Origin: an uncultured Thermomicrobia bacterium
GTDB taxonomy: Bacteria; Chloroflexota; Chloroflexia; Thermomicrobiales; JALYUS01
Length of the DNA: 64,000 bases
Assembly: GCA_937968015.1 (NCBI GenBank)
Contig: CALBSO010000095.1
Location: 10,302 to 74,301, forward strand
Direction of reading: 5' to 3'
The translations under genes were made by a program, and so were the position numbers. The notes beneath the pieces were generated by a model. That model saw only the letters and a program-made list of their open reading frames with translations. It was not told the DNA's origin and made no database searches. Every line of letters begins with the position of its first letter. The stretch's first letter is position 1. This document shows, in pieces, positions 18,173 through 26,954 of the stretch.

Positions 18173-19033
18173 TTACGTCCGAACGGACCAACGGCATGTA
18201 TCGAGATTGTCGGACTCCGGGCGCACGCGGCCCTCCGCCTGCATCTTTTCGAGATGCGCGAGGACCGTCGCCGCCGCCGCGCGGCGGAAATGAGGTAGCA
18301 CGATTGGGTAGAGCTCAGGGATCATCGCCTCGATTGTCGTCGGTTCCCGCGCGACGACCGCATAAATCTCGCCCTCCCGCATCAGGCGATGTTCGATGTA
18401 CTGTGCAAAGATGTTTGGCGGCGGGGTCATCGTCGGTCCATGGCCAGGGATGACGACATCGGGGTTGAGTTGCCGCATCCGTTCGAGTGATTCCAGATAT
18501 TCGACCATCTTGCCGTGCGGCGGGAAAATCCCCACGGTCCCATTGCCGGAGACGAGATCACCCGCGATCAGCGTCCGCGAGACAGGCTCATAGAGCGCGA
18601 TGTGGCCGGGGGAGTGGCCGGGGGTGTCAATCGCCTGAAGTTCGCCCTCCTCGATCGTCAGCGTCATGCCGTCCGTCAACTCCTCGTCCACATCCGACCA
18701 ATTGAGGAACTGACGGAGGATCGGTTGCTCCTTCGGGTTGAGCATCACCGGGCAGTCGTAGATCCGCTTTAACTCAGGCGCGGCCGTCGCATGGTCGGGA
18801 TGGCCGTGGGTGAGGAGAATCGCCTTGACCTGAAGATCGCTTCTCCGCCCCAATACCTCCTGGATCACCCCTACCCCGGCGGCATCACCGGGATCAATGA
18901 TAAAAACCTCGTGCGCGCCGACGATCGTCGCATTCGTCGGTTGGTCGCTCATGAACCCACCGTTCGGTATCTCGATCACTTCGAGTTGAAGTGCTTTGGA
19001 CGTCGTTCGTTCGCTCTGCATATGAAGGGGCAT
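18173..19033 (-). CDS. MBL-fold metallo-hydrolase; start uncertain (19021/19033/19069)
   Basis: THGHPDH metal-binding motif; glyoxalase II-like layout. Confidence 0.8.
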   Translation of the reverse strand: MPLHMQSERTTSKALQLEVIEIPNGGFMSDQPTNATIVGAHEVFIIDPGDAAGVGVIQEVLGRRSDLQVKAILLTHGHPDHATAAPELKRIYDCPVMLNPKEQPILRQFLNWSDVDEELTDGMTLTIEEGELQAIDTPGHSPGHIALYEPVSRTLIAGDLVSGNGTVGIFPPHGKMVEYLESLERMRQLNPDVVIPGHGPTMTPPPNIFAQYIEHRLMREGEIYAVVAREPTTIEAMIPELYPIVLPHFRRAAAATVLAHLEKMQAEGRVRPESDNLDTCRWSVRT

Positions 19034-19072
19034 ACCTTTCCCGTGAGAGGAGCAAGGGATCGGTGGCACCGG

Positions 19073-21202
19073 TTACAAACCTGTGCCACCATTTTCTGAA
19101 CGCTCTTCCGGCGCCGTGCTATTCCCCGGCGTCGTCACCATTGCCGCCGCGACCAGTTCCGCAATGTCGCGCACCTGCAATGTCTCATTCGCGCCGACGC
19201 CGTTGATGCCGTCCTCGAACATCGTCATGCAGAAGGGGCACGACGCGGCGAGCGTCGTCGCGCCGGTCGCCAGCGCCTCGGTGACGCGCGCCTGATTGAT
19301 CCGGCTGCCGCGCGTCTCCTCCATGAAGAGGCGACCGCCACCGCCACCACAGCAGAACGATTGATTGCGGTTCCGCCCCATCTCCGTCAGTTCGGCGCCC
19401 GGCAGCGCGTTGACGACGCTGCGCGGATCGTCGTAGACCTTGTTGTATCGCCCGAGGTAGCACGGGTCGTGATAGGTGATCTTGCCGCTGGCGACATCGG
19501 ATGCGGGGTCGAGCGTGATGCGCTTCTCGGCAATCAGTTGGCTGATCAGTTCGCTGTGGTGGACGACCGCGTAGTTGCCGCCGATCTGCGGGTACTCGTT
19601 CTTGATCGCGTTGAAGCAGTGTGGGCAGGCGGTGACGATCTTCTTGAAACTGTACTGATTGAGCGTCTCGACCGTTTGCCGCGCCATCATCTGCGCGAGA
19701 TATTCGTTGCCGATACGGCGGGCGGGGTCGCCGGTGCAGGTCTCCTCCTTGCCGAGGATGGCGAAGTTGATCCCGGCCGCTTGCAAGATGCGCGCGAGGG
19801 CCATCGTCGTGCGCTGATTGCGGCTGTCGAACGAGCCGAGGCAGCCGACGAAGAACAATACCTCGACCTCTTCCTCTGCGGCAGCGGCTTCGGCCATCAC
19901 CCGAACGGGCTGTGCCATCTTCTTCGTCCATGAGTCGCGCTGGCTCGGCGGGAACTGGTATGGGCTACTGAGGCGTTCGAGGTTATTGAAGACGTTGGTC
20001 AGTTCGTCGGGGAACTCGCCCTGCTCGAGGACGAGATTGCGTCGCATGCCGACGATCAGCGGCACATGCTCGATGAGGACCGGGCACTGCTCCATGCACG
20101 CGCCACAGGTCGTGCAATCCCAGAGTTCTTCCGTGCTCACGACGCCGCCGATCAACTCGCGTTCCGGCCCCTCGCCCCAGCGGAAGCGCGCCGAGTTCTC
20201 GCCCTCACCGAGTTCGCCGGAGAAGATGCCGCCGCTGTCCGCCAGGTAGCCGCCGATCTCCAAGATGAGGTCGCGCGGTCGGAGCGGCTTGTCGGTGTTG
20301 AAGGTCGGGCAGTATTCGAGGCAACGGCCGCAATGCATGCAGGCATCGAGGTTCATCAGTTGCGCCCAGGTGAAGTCCTCCAGATGAGCGATGCCGAAGG
20401 ATTCCGCCTCCTCCAGATTCTCGATTGGCGTCAGTTCGCCCATCGGCTTCAGCCGCCGGAAGAAGACATTGGCGAGGCTCGTGAAGGGGTGGATCATCTT
20501 GCTATAGGCGAAGTAGGCGAGGAAGGCGAAGGTGGTCAGGAAATGACTGAACCAGTTCACCTGATGCAGCGCCTTCAGCCAGCCGTCCGACAGCCCACGC
20601 AGGGGGATCGCGAGCGCATAGGAAACAAACGACCATCCCGCCCATGCGTCGTGCTGGACGCCGAGGCGGAGCGCGCCGAGCACATATCCCTGTACGGTGA
20701 GGATGGCGAGGAAGGCGAGCAGTACGAGGTCGTCCGCGCTCGTGTCCTGCTGCTTCGGGCGGACGACGAGGCGGCGGTAAAAGGCCATCAGGACACCGGC
20801 GATCAGCAGCAGCCCGGCGAGGTTCATCGCTAGTTTGTAGCCGAGATAGAAGTTCCCCCGGTAGAAGCTGTAGTGGAAGAGCGGCACGGTGATGTCGTCC
20901 TCGACCAGCACGATAAAGGTGCCGATCAGGAGTGTCACGAAGCCGACGAAGATACAGAGATGCATCAGGCCGCCATAGCGGTTGCGAGGGCGGACGATCC
21001 GACCGTGCAGGATACTCTTCGTGATTGCGCCTCGGAGTCGCGTTCCCCACTGGTCGAAGCGGTTTTCCGGCAGCCCGATGCGCCACATCCGCACGCGGCG
21101 CGCGAGGCCGTAGGCGAGGAAGCCGATCGGGATAATCAGCAGCGCATAGATCGCGATCTGCCCGAGCGTCTGGACATTCCATTCGATCTGCCGCGTCGGC
21201 AT
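19073..21202 (-). CDS. Membrane-anchored Fe-S oxidoreductase, EtfD/HdrD/GlpC-like (ETF:quinone link)
   Basis: N-terminal polytopic membrane domain, two CxxCxxCxxxCP ferredoxin motifs (CMHCGRCLEYCP, CTTCGACMEQCP) and two CCG-type Cys-rich domains. It lies in an operon with etfBA. Confidence 0.8.
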   Translation of the reverse strand: MPTRQIEWNVQTLGQIAIYALLIIPIGFLAYGLARRVRMWRIGLPENRFDQWGTRLRGAITKSILHGRIVRPRNRYGGLMHLCIFVGFVTLLIGTFIVLVEDDITVPLFHYSFYRGNFYLGYKLAMNLAGLLLIAGVLMAFYRRLVVRPKQQDTSADDLVLLAFLAILTVQGYVLGALRLGVQHDAWAGWSFVSYALAIPLRGLSDGWLKALHQVNWFSHFLTTFAFLAYFAYSKMIHPFTSLANVFFRRLKPMGELTPIENLEEAESFGIAHLEDFTWAQLMNLDACMHCGRCLEYCPTFNTDKPLRPRDLILEIGGYLADSGGIFSGELGEGENSARFRWGEGPERELIGGVVSTEELWDCTTCGACMEQCPVLIEHVPLIVGMRRNLVLEQGEFPDELTNVFNNLERLSSPYQFPPSQRDSWTKKMAQPVRVMAEAAAAEEEVEVLFFVGCLGSFDSRNQRTTMALARILQAAGINFAILGKEETCTGDPARRIGNEYLAQMMARQTVETLNQYSFKKIVTACPHCFNAIKNEYPQIGGNYAVVHHSELISQLIAEKRITLDPASDVASGKITYHDPCYLGRYNKVYDDPRSVVNALPGAELTEMGRNRNQSFCCGGGGGRLFMEETRGSRINQARVTEALATGATTLAASCPFCMTMFEDGINGVGANETLQVRDIAELVAAAMVTTPGNSTAPEERSENGGTGL

Positions 21203-21693
21203 CAGCCTTGCTCCCCTGTCTGTGTGGCTGGCGATTCACGCAAGGTGAGACTGGCGCGTTGCGTGGCCCGAATGGCGATCAACGTACTGAAAATCGTCGC
21301 CGCGAGCAGAAAGATGCCGATGATCGCGCCCGCCGTCAGCAGCCTGCCACTCCGGTTGCCACTCCCCACAAACAGCCCGACAAGCGCCGCGATGAGCGCG
21401 GCAACGACCGGGAGCACGAGGAGCACGGCGGCGATGATGGCGATGGTCGTGCGCTCTGCGCGAAGCCGTGCATGCAATCGCTGGCGGCGCGGCTCCACAA
21501 AGGCAATGAGCGCGCCGAGAACGGTGCCGCCGACGGTGATCAGTGTCGCGCCGACGATCCGTGTCCATCCCCAGCCCGCGATGGCGCCGACAACAATCAG
21601 CAGGACACCAACGGCGACGACCGCGCTCGATGCGTAGATCAAACGGCGTTGCTGCGCTTTGTCGTCGGACCAGATCGCCGCGAGTCTCGTCAC
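21202..21693 (-). CDS. Hypothetical 4-TM membrane protein in the etf operon
   Basis: Four hydrophobic helices. Its stop codon overlaps the EtfD-like start by one base (both coordinates are 21202). Confidence 0.5.
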   Translation of the reverse strand: MTRLAAIWSDDKAQQRRLIYASSAVVAVGVLLIVVGAIAGWGWTRIVGATLITVGGTVLGALIAFVEPRRQRLHARLRAERTTIAIIAAVLLVLPVVAALIAALVGLFVGSGNRSGRLLTAGAIIGIFLLAATIFSTLIAIRATQRASLTLRESPATQTGEQG

Positions 21694-21746
21694 GCTGCTC
21701 CCTTCCTCGTCCGTGCTTCCCAGAGCAGGCGGTTCGCGAACCGCCC

Positions 21747-22700
21747 CTACCCGATTGATTCGGTCAATTTCGGCACGACGGTGAGCGCGTCGCCGACGAT
21801 GCCGAGATCCGCGAGTTCGAAGATCGGAGCGTCCGGGTCATTGTTGATGGCGATAATGTACTTACTGCCGCCCATCCCGGCGATGTGTTGAATCGCGCCG
21901 GAGATGCCGCAGGCGATGTAGAGCGTCGGCTTGACCGTCTTGCCCGTCTGCCCGACCTGATACGAGTACGGCACCCACCCGGCGTCCACCACCGCGCGGC
22001 TCGCCCCGACCGCCCCACCGAGTTTGGCCGCGAGCGCATCCAGCAGGCCGAAGTTCTCCGCCTTGCCCATGCCGCGTCCGCCGGAGATGATGATGCCCGC
22101 CTCTTCGAGATTCGGCCCCTCGGACGCCTGCGTGACGGTTTCGAGCACCTTCACGCGGCAAGTCGCTGGGTCAACGGGGAGCGTGACCGACCGCACTTCC
22201 GCCTCGCCGCCGACTTCCTCCGCCGCGAACGCTTTCGGGCGAAACTGCACGAGGTGCGGGCCGGGGCCGTCAATCGTCAGTGTGCCAATCGTTTCCGCGC
22301 CGTACGGGACCGTAACGGTCAGGTGGTCGCCATCGTATACAACATCCACCGCATTGGCGATCACGCCCGCGCCCAATTGCCCGACCAGCCGCGCCGCGAC
22401 ATCGCGCGCCGTGAAGGTGCTGGGAAAAAGGATGAGATCGGGCGATTCCTGCTGGATGAGTGCAGCCAGGGTTGCTGCGTGCGGCTCCGCGAGATATTCG
22501 CCGTACGCCGCGTCATCGCCGAGATGGACGACCGACGCACCGTGCGCCCCGAGCGCTGCCACGGCATCCCCACCCGCCGGATGGAGGACAACGGCCTCCG
22601 CCGCGCCCAATTTCCGCGCCGGGACGAGCAGTTCGAGCGACAGCCGGTGTGCCGCGCCCTCCGCTACGTCCGTCCAAACCCAAATCCGCCGTGTTGCCAT
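21747..22700 (-). CDS. etfA: Electron transfer flavoprotein subunit alpha
   Basis: C-terminal FAD-binding signature (QVGQTGKTVKP..YIACGISGAIQH). Start at MATRRIW has a GGAGG RBS 5 nt upstream. Confidence 0.9.
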   Translation of the reverse strand: MATRRIWVWTDVAEGAAHRLSLELLVPARKLGAAEAVVLHPAGGDAVAALGAHGASVVHLGDDAAYGEYLAEPHAATLAALIQQESPDLILFPSTFTARDVAARLVGQLGAGVIANAVDVVYDGDHLTVTVPYGAETIGTLTIDGPGPHLVQFRPKAFAAEEVGGEAEVRSVTLPVDPATCRVKVLETVTQASEGPNLEEAGIIISGGRGMGKAENFGLLDALAAKLGGAVGASRAVVDAGWVPYSYQVGQTGKTVKPTLYIACGISGAIQHIAGMGGSKYIIAINNDPDAPIFELADLGIVGDALTVVPKLTESIG

Positions 22701-22727
22701 CAAAACCTCCAAAAATGTCGTGTCACG

Positions 22728-23513
22728 CTAGATGACTTGGATCTGCCTGAGGAAGGCGATGATTTCCGGGACGCTCTCGCCGCTGCCGTCATCGGTGATC
22801 GTGCGTGTCTGCTTCGCCTGGCTGACCGGCGTGATGGCGAGGACACGTTCGCGCGCGCCGGACTCGCCGACCGTCGCGGCGTCGAGACCGAGGGCGGCGA
22901 CATCGCGTGCGTCCACTGTCTTCTTCTTCGCCGCCATCATCCCTTTGAAGGATGGGTAACGCGGCTCAGCGATACTCGCGGTGACGGTGAGCAGGGCGGG
23001 AAGCGCTGTTTGGATCGTCTGATAGCCCGTTTCGGTATCGCGCTGGACGGTGATCGTCGTCCCCTCGATGGTGACCGAGCGGGCGAATGTCACTTGCGGC
23101 ATACCGAGTAAGGCAGCCAGCGCACCGGGGAGCATGCCGCTGTAAGCGTCCGTGCTCTCGGTGGAGCAGATGATGAGGTCCGGCGATTCGGCGGCGAGCG
23201 CGGCGGCGAGCGCCCGCGCCGTGCCGAGCACATCGGAACCGGCGAGCGCGTCGTCGCTGATATGAATCGAGCGGTCGGCGCCGATTGCCATCGCGCGTCG
23301 TAGGGCGTCCTCGGCAGCGGGCGGGCCCATTGTCACCGCGACGGTTTCACCGCCGTGCTGCTCAACGAGGCGCAGCGCGGCTTCGAGGCCATATTCGTCG
23401 GCGGGGTCGAGGATGGATTTCGCGCTGTCGCGAATCAGTCTCCGCGTTCCCGGATCCACCCGCATCGCGAGGTTCGGGTCCGGCACATGCTTGACACAGA
23501 CGCAGATTTTCAT
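22728..23513 (-). CDS. etfB: Electron transfer flavoprotein subunit beta
   Basis: MKICVCVKHVPD N-terminus; typical EtfB length. Confidence 0.9.
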   Translation of the reverse strand: MKICVCVKHVPDPNLAMRVDPGTRRLIRDSAKSILDPADEYGLEAALRLVEQHGGETVAVTMGPPAAEDALRRAMAIGADRSIHISDDALAGSDVLGTARALAAALAAESPDLIICSTESTDAYSGMLPGALAALLGMPQVTFARSVTIEGTTITVQRDTETGYQTIQTALPALLTVTASIAEPRYPSFKGMMAAKKKTVDARDVAALGLDAATVGESGARERVLAITPVSQAKQTRTITDDGSGESVPEIIAFLRQIQVI

Positions 23514-23679
23514 GTCCTTCGCTCCTCAGGATGTACTTTCGTACCGTTGCGGATTGGCAAATCGCCGGGCGCGCGGCGCGTCCGCTCCCTTTGTTTGCGA
23601 TTCTCATGCGTTGATACAGACGTGCGGTACAAACGCGGGCAATGATAGAGAACGCCCCGCCGTTTTTCAACACGGGCTG

Positions 23680-23729
23680 TTGACGCAATTGCCGGAAACG
23701 GGTAGCGTATTCTTGTAGTCTTGTACAAG
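23680..23729 (+). promoter_or_regulatory. Candidate promoter (TTGACG-17-TAGCGT) followed by TCTTGTA direct repeat / CTTGTACAAG palindrome
   Basis: Hexamers and repeats are read directly in the 315-bp divergent etfB/ACAD region. No cognate regulator is visible in the window. Confidence 0.25.
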
Positions 23730-23828
23730 GGCAGGGATGCGACAGGCAGCGGTCGTATTCGCGGTATCGTTCGTACCAGGGTGTGGACGTTCGAGCGACG
23801 CACCAACGGACAGGGAGGGTTTTCCCAG

Positions 23829-25064
23829 ATGGATCTCAATTACACGGCGGAGGATAAGGCCTTCCGGCAGCAGGTACGCCGCTGGTTGGAAGAGAACATC
23901 CCGAAGAAGCGGCCCGAAACGCTGGACGAGCGGCGCGCATGGCATCGCAAACTCTACGAGGCGGGCTACCTCGGCATGGGCTGGCCGAAGGAGTATGGTG
24001 GGCAGGAAGCGCGCCCGATGGAGCAGGCAATCGTCGGCGAGGAACTGGCGCGCGCCAACGCCCCGGTCTCGCTCAACGGCCTCGGCATCGGCATCGTCGC
24101 CCCGACGCTCATCCACCACGGCACCGAGCATCAGAAGCGGAATCACGTCTCGAAAATCCTCACGGCGGAAGAACTCTGGTGCCAGTTGTACTCCGAGCCG
24201 AACTCCGGCTCCGACCTCGCGAGCCTCCAATGCCGTGCGGATGTAGACGGCGACGAGTTCGTCATTAACGGGCAGAAGATCTGGACGAGCGGCGCGGTGA
24301 TCGCCGACTGGGGCATCCTGCTCGCGCGGACCGACCGGAGCGCGCCGAAGCATCAGGGCATCTCCTGCCTCATGCTCGACATGCATCAGCCGGGTGTCGA
24401 AGTGCGCCCCTTGAAGCAGATCAGTGGCAGCAGTGAGTTCTGCGAAGTCTTTTTCACGAATGTCCGTGTCAATGCGGATAACCTCATTGGCGAGATGAAC
24501 GCGGGCTGGCGGATCGCCCAGACGACGCTCTCGTACGAGCGCGGCGGCAATGTCCTCTCCCGGGTCGTGCGCCTGCAAGAGATGTACGACCGCATGATCG
24601 CGGTCTGCAAGGCGCTCAAGCGCAACGGCAAGCCCGCGATCGAGGACCCGAACGTTCGGCAGAAACTCGGCGAAATCTACGCCGAGATCGAGGTGCTGCG
24701 CTACTCCGCGCTCCGCCTCCTCAGCCGGCTCGAAAAGGGCCAGCGCCCCGGCCCCGAGGCCTCGATTTCCAAACTGCACTACTCGGAACTCGACAAGCAT
24801 GTGCAGGAGCTCTTCCTCGACATCCTCGGCCCTTACGGCTTGCAGACGGGTGGGCTGCCGCCGGAATATGCGCTGCACGCGGACTCTGACTTTGGCGAAG
24901 CGGGCAGTTGGGCGTACTCCTTCTTCTGGTCGCGCGCCGGGACGATCTACGCCGGTTCGTCCGAGATACAGAAGAACATCCTCGGCGAGCGCGTGCTCGG
25001 GCTGCCGAAGGAAGTGCGCGAAGATCGGATCGCCCTTGCCCAGAAAGCAGCCGCAGGGGATTAG
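23829..25064 (+). CDS. Acyl-CoA dehydrogenase (likely catalytic partner of a pair)
   Basis: ACAD N/M/C domains. Start at MDLNYTAEDKAF. The MCAD-type YEG Glu is replaced (IYAGSSEIQ), but a Glu is present at the IVD-type position (LSYERGG). Confidence 0.9.
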   Translation: MDLNYTAEDKAFRQQVRRWLEENIPKKRPETLDERRAWHRKLYEAGYLGMGWPKEYGGQEARPMEQAIVGEELARANAPVSLNGLGIGIVAPTLIHHGTEHQKRNHVSKILTAEELWCQLYSEPNSGSDLASLQCRADVDGDEFVINGQKIWTSGAVIADWGILLARTDRSAPKHQGISCLMLDMHQPGVEVRPLKQISGSSEFCEVFFTNVRVNADNLIGEMNAGWRIAQTTLSYERGGNVLSRVVRLQEMYDRMIAVCKALKRNGKPAIEDPNVRQKLGEIYAEIEVLRYSALRLLSRLEKGQRPGPEASISKLHYSELDKHVQELFLDILGPYGLQTGGLPPEYALHADSDFGEAGSWAYSFFWSRAGTIYAGSSEIQKNILGERVLGLPKEVREDRIALAQKAAAGD

Positions 25065-25079
25065 GAACCGAGAGATGAA

Positions 25080-25137
25080 CCCCGAAGGCACGAAGAAGAG
25101 ACGAAAGGAAAGGGGAATCTTCTTCGTGCCTTCGGGG
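25080..25137. repeat. Perfect 19-bp-stem hairpin between the two ACAD genes
   Basis: CCCCGAAGGCACGAAGAAG-(20 nt)-CTTCTTCGTGCCTTCGGGG. Confidence 0.75.
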
Positions 25138-25157
25138 TGAGAAAGGTTGGCAGATTC

Positions 25158-26300
25158 ATGGATTTTGATTTCACGGAAGATCAGGTCATGCTGCGCGGGC
25201 TGGTGCGGGAGTTCTTGACCGAGCAGGCGCCCGTCGCGCATGTGCGGGCGATGATGGATGACGAGCGGGGCTACGACCCCGACATCTATCGCCGGTTCGT
25301 ACAATTGGGCATGCTCCCCTTCCCGGAGGAGTATGGTGGCGCGGGGCTGGGCATGGTCGAGCAGGCGATTATTCTGGAGGAGATGGGGCGCATTCCCTAT
25401 CCGGGGCCATACTTCGCAACCGTCATCCTCGCGGGGAGCGCCATCATGGCCTCCGGCGATGAGCAGGCGATGGCGCGTTACCTCCCCGATGTCTGCAACG
25501 GCGACCTCACCATGACGCTCGCCTTCCTCGAAGATTCGATTGGCTGGGGGCCGGGCGAAATTGCGCTCGCCGCGAAGAAGGACGGCGATGCCTACGTCCT
25601 CAATGGCATCAAGCGGTTCGTCCCGTTCGGGCACACGGCGGATGTCATCCTCGTCGCGGCGCGCACCGGTAGCAGCGGCGCAAAGGGGATTTCCTTGATC
25701 GCCGTGCCACGCGATGCCGCCGGGCTGCGTATTGACAAGGACGTGATTTCCGATCTGACTGAGAAGAGCGCGACACTGCATTTCGACAAGGTGCGCGCCC
25801 CCGCCGAGAACTTGCTCGGCGCTGAGGGCGGTGCATGGCCCGCCTTGGAGACGATGCTTCAACACGCGGCGGTTGGGGCGAGCGCGGAGATGCTTGGCGC
25901 GTCCCGCAAGTCGCTCGAAATGTCCACGGACTACGCGAAAGTACGTAAGCAGTTCGGCCAGTTCATCGGCCAGTTCCAGGCCGTCAAACACAAGTTGTCC
26001 GAGATGCTCGTCGCGGTCGAGAACGCGCATGCCGCGACGTACTACGCTGCCTGGGCGCTCGACGCGGATGCGCCGGATGCCGCGCTCGCCGCCTCGGTCG
26101 CCAAATCATTTGTCAACGGCGCGTCCCGCAAAGTCTGTGGCGAGGCGATCCAGGTACACGGCGGTATCGGCTTCACCTGGGAATACGACCTGCATCTCTA
26201 CTTCAAGCGCGCCAAGTACTTCGAGCCAATGTACGGCGATCTTGAAGAGCACCGCGAGCGCGTCCTCCAGGAAGTCCTGGCCGGGCACATCTCAGGATAA
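25158..26300 (+). CDS. Acyl-CoA dehydrogenase-family protein (possibly non-catalytic partner)
   Basis: ACAD fold (HGGIGFTWEYDLHLYFKRA). By eye it lacks Glu at both the MCAD-type (PMYGD) and IVD-type (LQHAAVG) positions. Confidence 0.9.
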   Translation: MDFDFTEDQVMLRGLVREFLTEQAPVAHVRAMMDDERGYDPDIYRRFVQLGMLPFPEEYGGAGLGMVEQAIILEEMGRIPYPGPYFATVILAGSAIMASGDEQAMARYLPDVCNGDLTMTLAFLEDSIGWGPGEIALAAKKDGDAYVLNGIKRFVPFGHTADVILVAARTGSSGAKGISLIAVPRDAAGLRIDKDVISDLTEKSATLHFDKVRAPAENLLGAEGGAWPALETMLQHAAVGASAEMLGASRKSLEMSTDYAKVRKQFGQFIGQFQAVKHKLSEMLVAVENAHAATYYAAWALDADAPDAALAASVAKSFVNGASRKVCGEAIQVHGGIGFTWEYDLHLYFKRAKYFEPMYGDLEEHRERVLQEVLAGHISG

Positions 26301-26336
26301 TGGGTGGAAAAATGAGTTGATTGATGGGAGGCATAC

Positions 26337-26828
26337 ATGAGCACATCAGGCGCGGAGACGGGGCGGGTGGTGACCTCGGTCGCGGAGTTGAAGGAACTGA
26401 TCGGGCAGGAGATTGGCGTGAGCGAGTGGGTGGAGATCACGCAGGAGCGGGTCAATCAGTTCGCGGACGCAACCGGCGATCATCAGTACATTCATGTGGA
26501 CCCGGAGCGCGCGAAGACGACCTTCTTCGGCGGTACGGTGGCGCATGGCTACCTGACGCTCTCGCTCATCCCGTATCTGGGGGGTAAGCGGGCCTCCGGC
26601 GTCAAGATCAGCCTCGGCGGGCGGATGGGTGTCAACTATGGCCTCAATCGCGTGCGCTTTGTCTCGCCGGTGCGTGTCGGCAAGCGCATCCGCATGCGCT
26701 CGAAACTCCTCAATGTCGAGGAGATCGGCGACCGTGCGGTGCAGATGACGAGCGAGCAGACCATCGAGGTCGAGGGCGAAGAGAAGCCCGCTTGCGTCGC
26801 GGAGACGTTGGGGCGGACATACTTCTAA
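26337..26828 (+). CDS. MaoC-like (R)-specific enoyl-CoA hydratase
   Basis: Hot-dog-fold MaoC motif region (FADATGDHQYIHVDPERA..GGTVAHGYL). Confidence 0.85.
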   Translation: MSTSGAETGRVVTSVAELKELIGQEIGVSEWVEITQERVNQFADATGDHQYIHVDPERAKTTFFGGTVAHGYLTLSLIPYLGGKRASGVKISLGGRMGVNYGLNRVRFVSPVRVGKRIRMRSKLLNVEEIGDRAVQMTSEQTIEVEGEEKPACVAETLGRTYF

Positions 26829-26830
26829 GA

Positions 26831-26918
26831 GGTTCGAGGTTCGGGGTTCGGGGATCGGAGAAGGAATGAAACCACTTCGAACTTCGAACTTCGAACTTCG
26901 AACCCCGAACCTCGAACC
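26831..26918. repeat. Hairpin whose arms are tandem heptamers (GGTTCGR xn / CTTCGAA, CCCCGAA, CCTCGAA)
   Basis: The outer 20 bp are perfectly complementary (26831-26850 with 26899-26918). The inner part is made of heptamer repeats. Confidence 0.8.
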
Positions 26919-26954
26919 CGTCAGGTGGTTCGTCTTTCCGGAGGGGATGAGGGG

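Noticed and set aside
23667-26030. 787-aa minus-strand ORF
   Set aside because: It is antisense to two well-supported acyl-CoA dehydrogenase genes. Its Arg/Gly/Pro/Leu-rich, low-complexity translation is typical of high-GC shadow ORFs.
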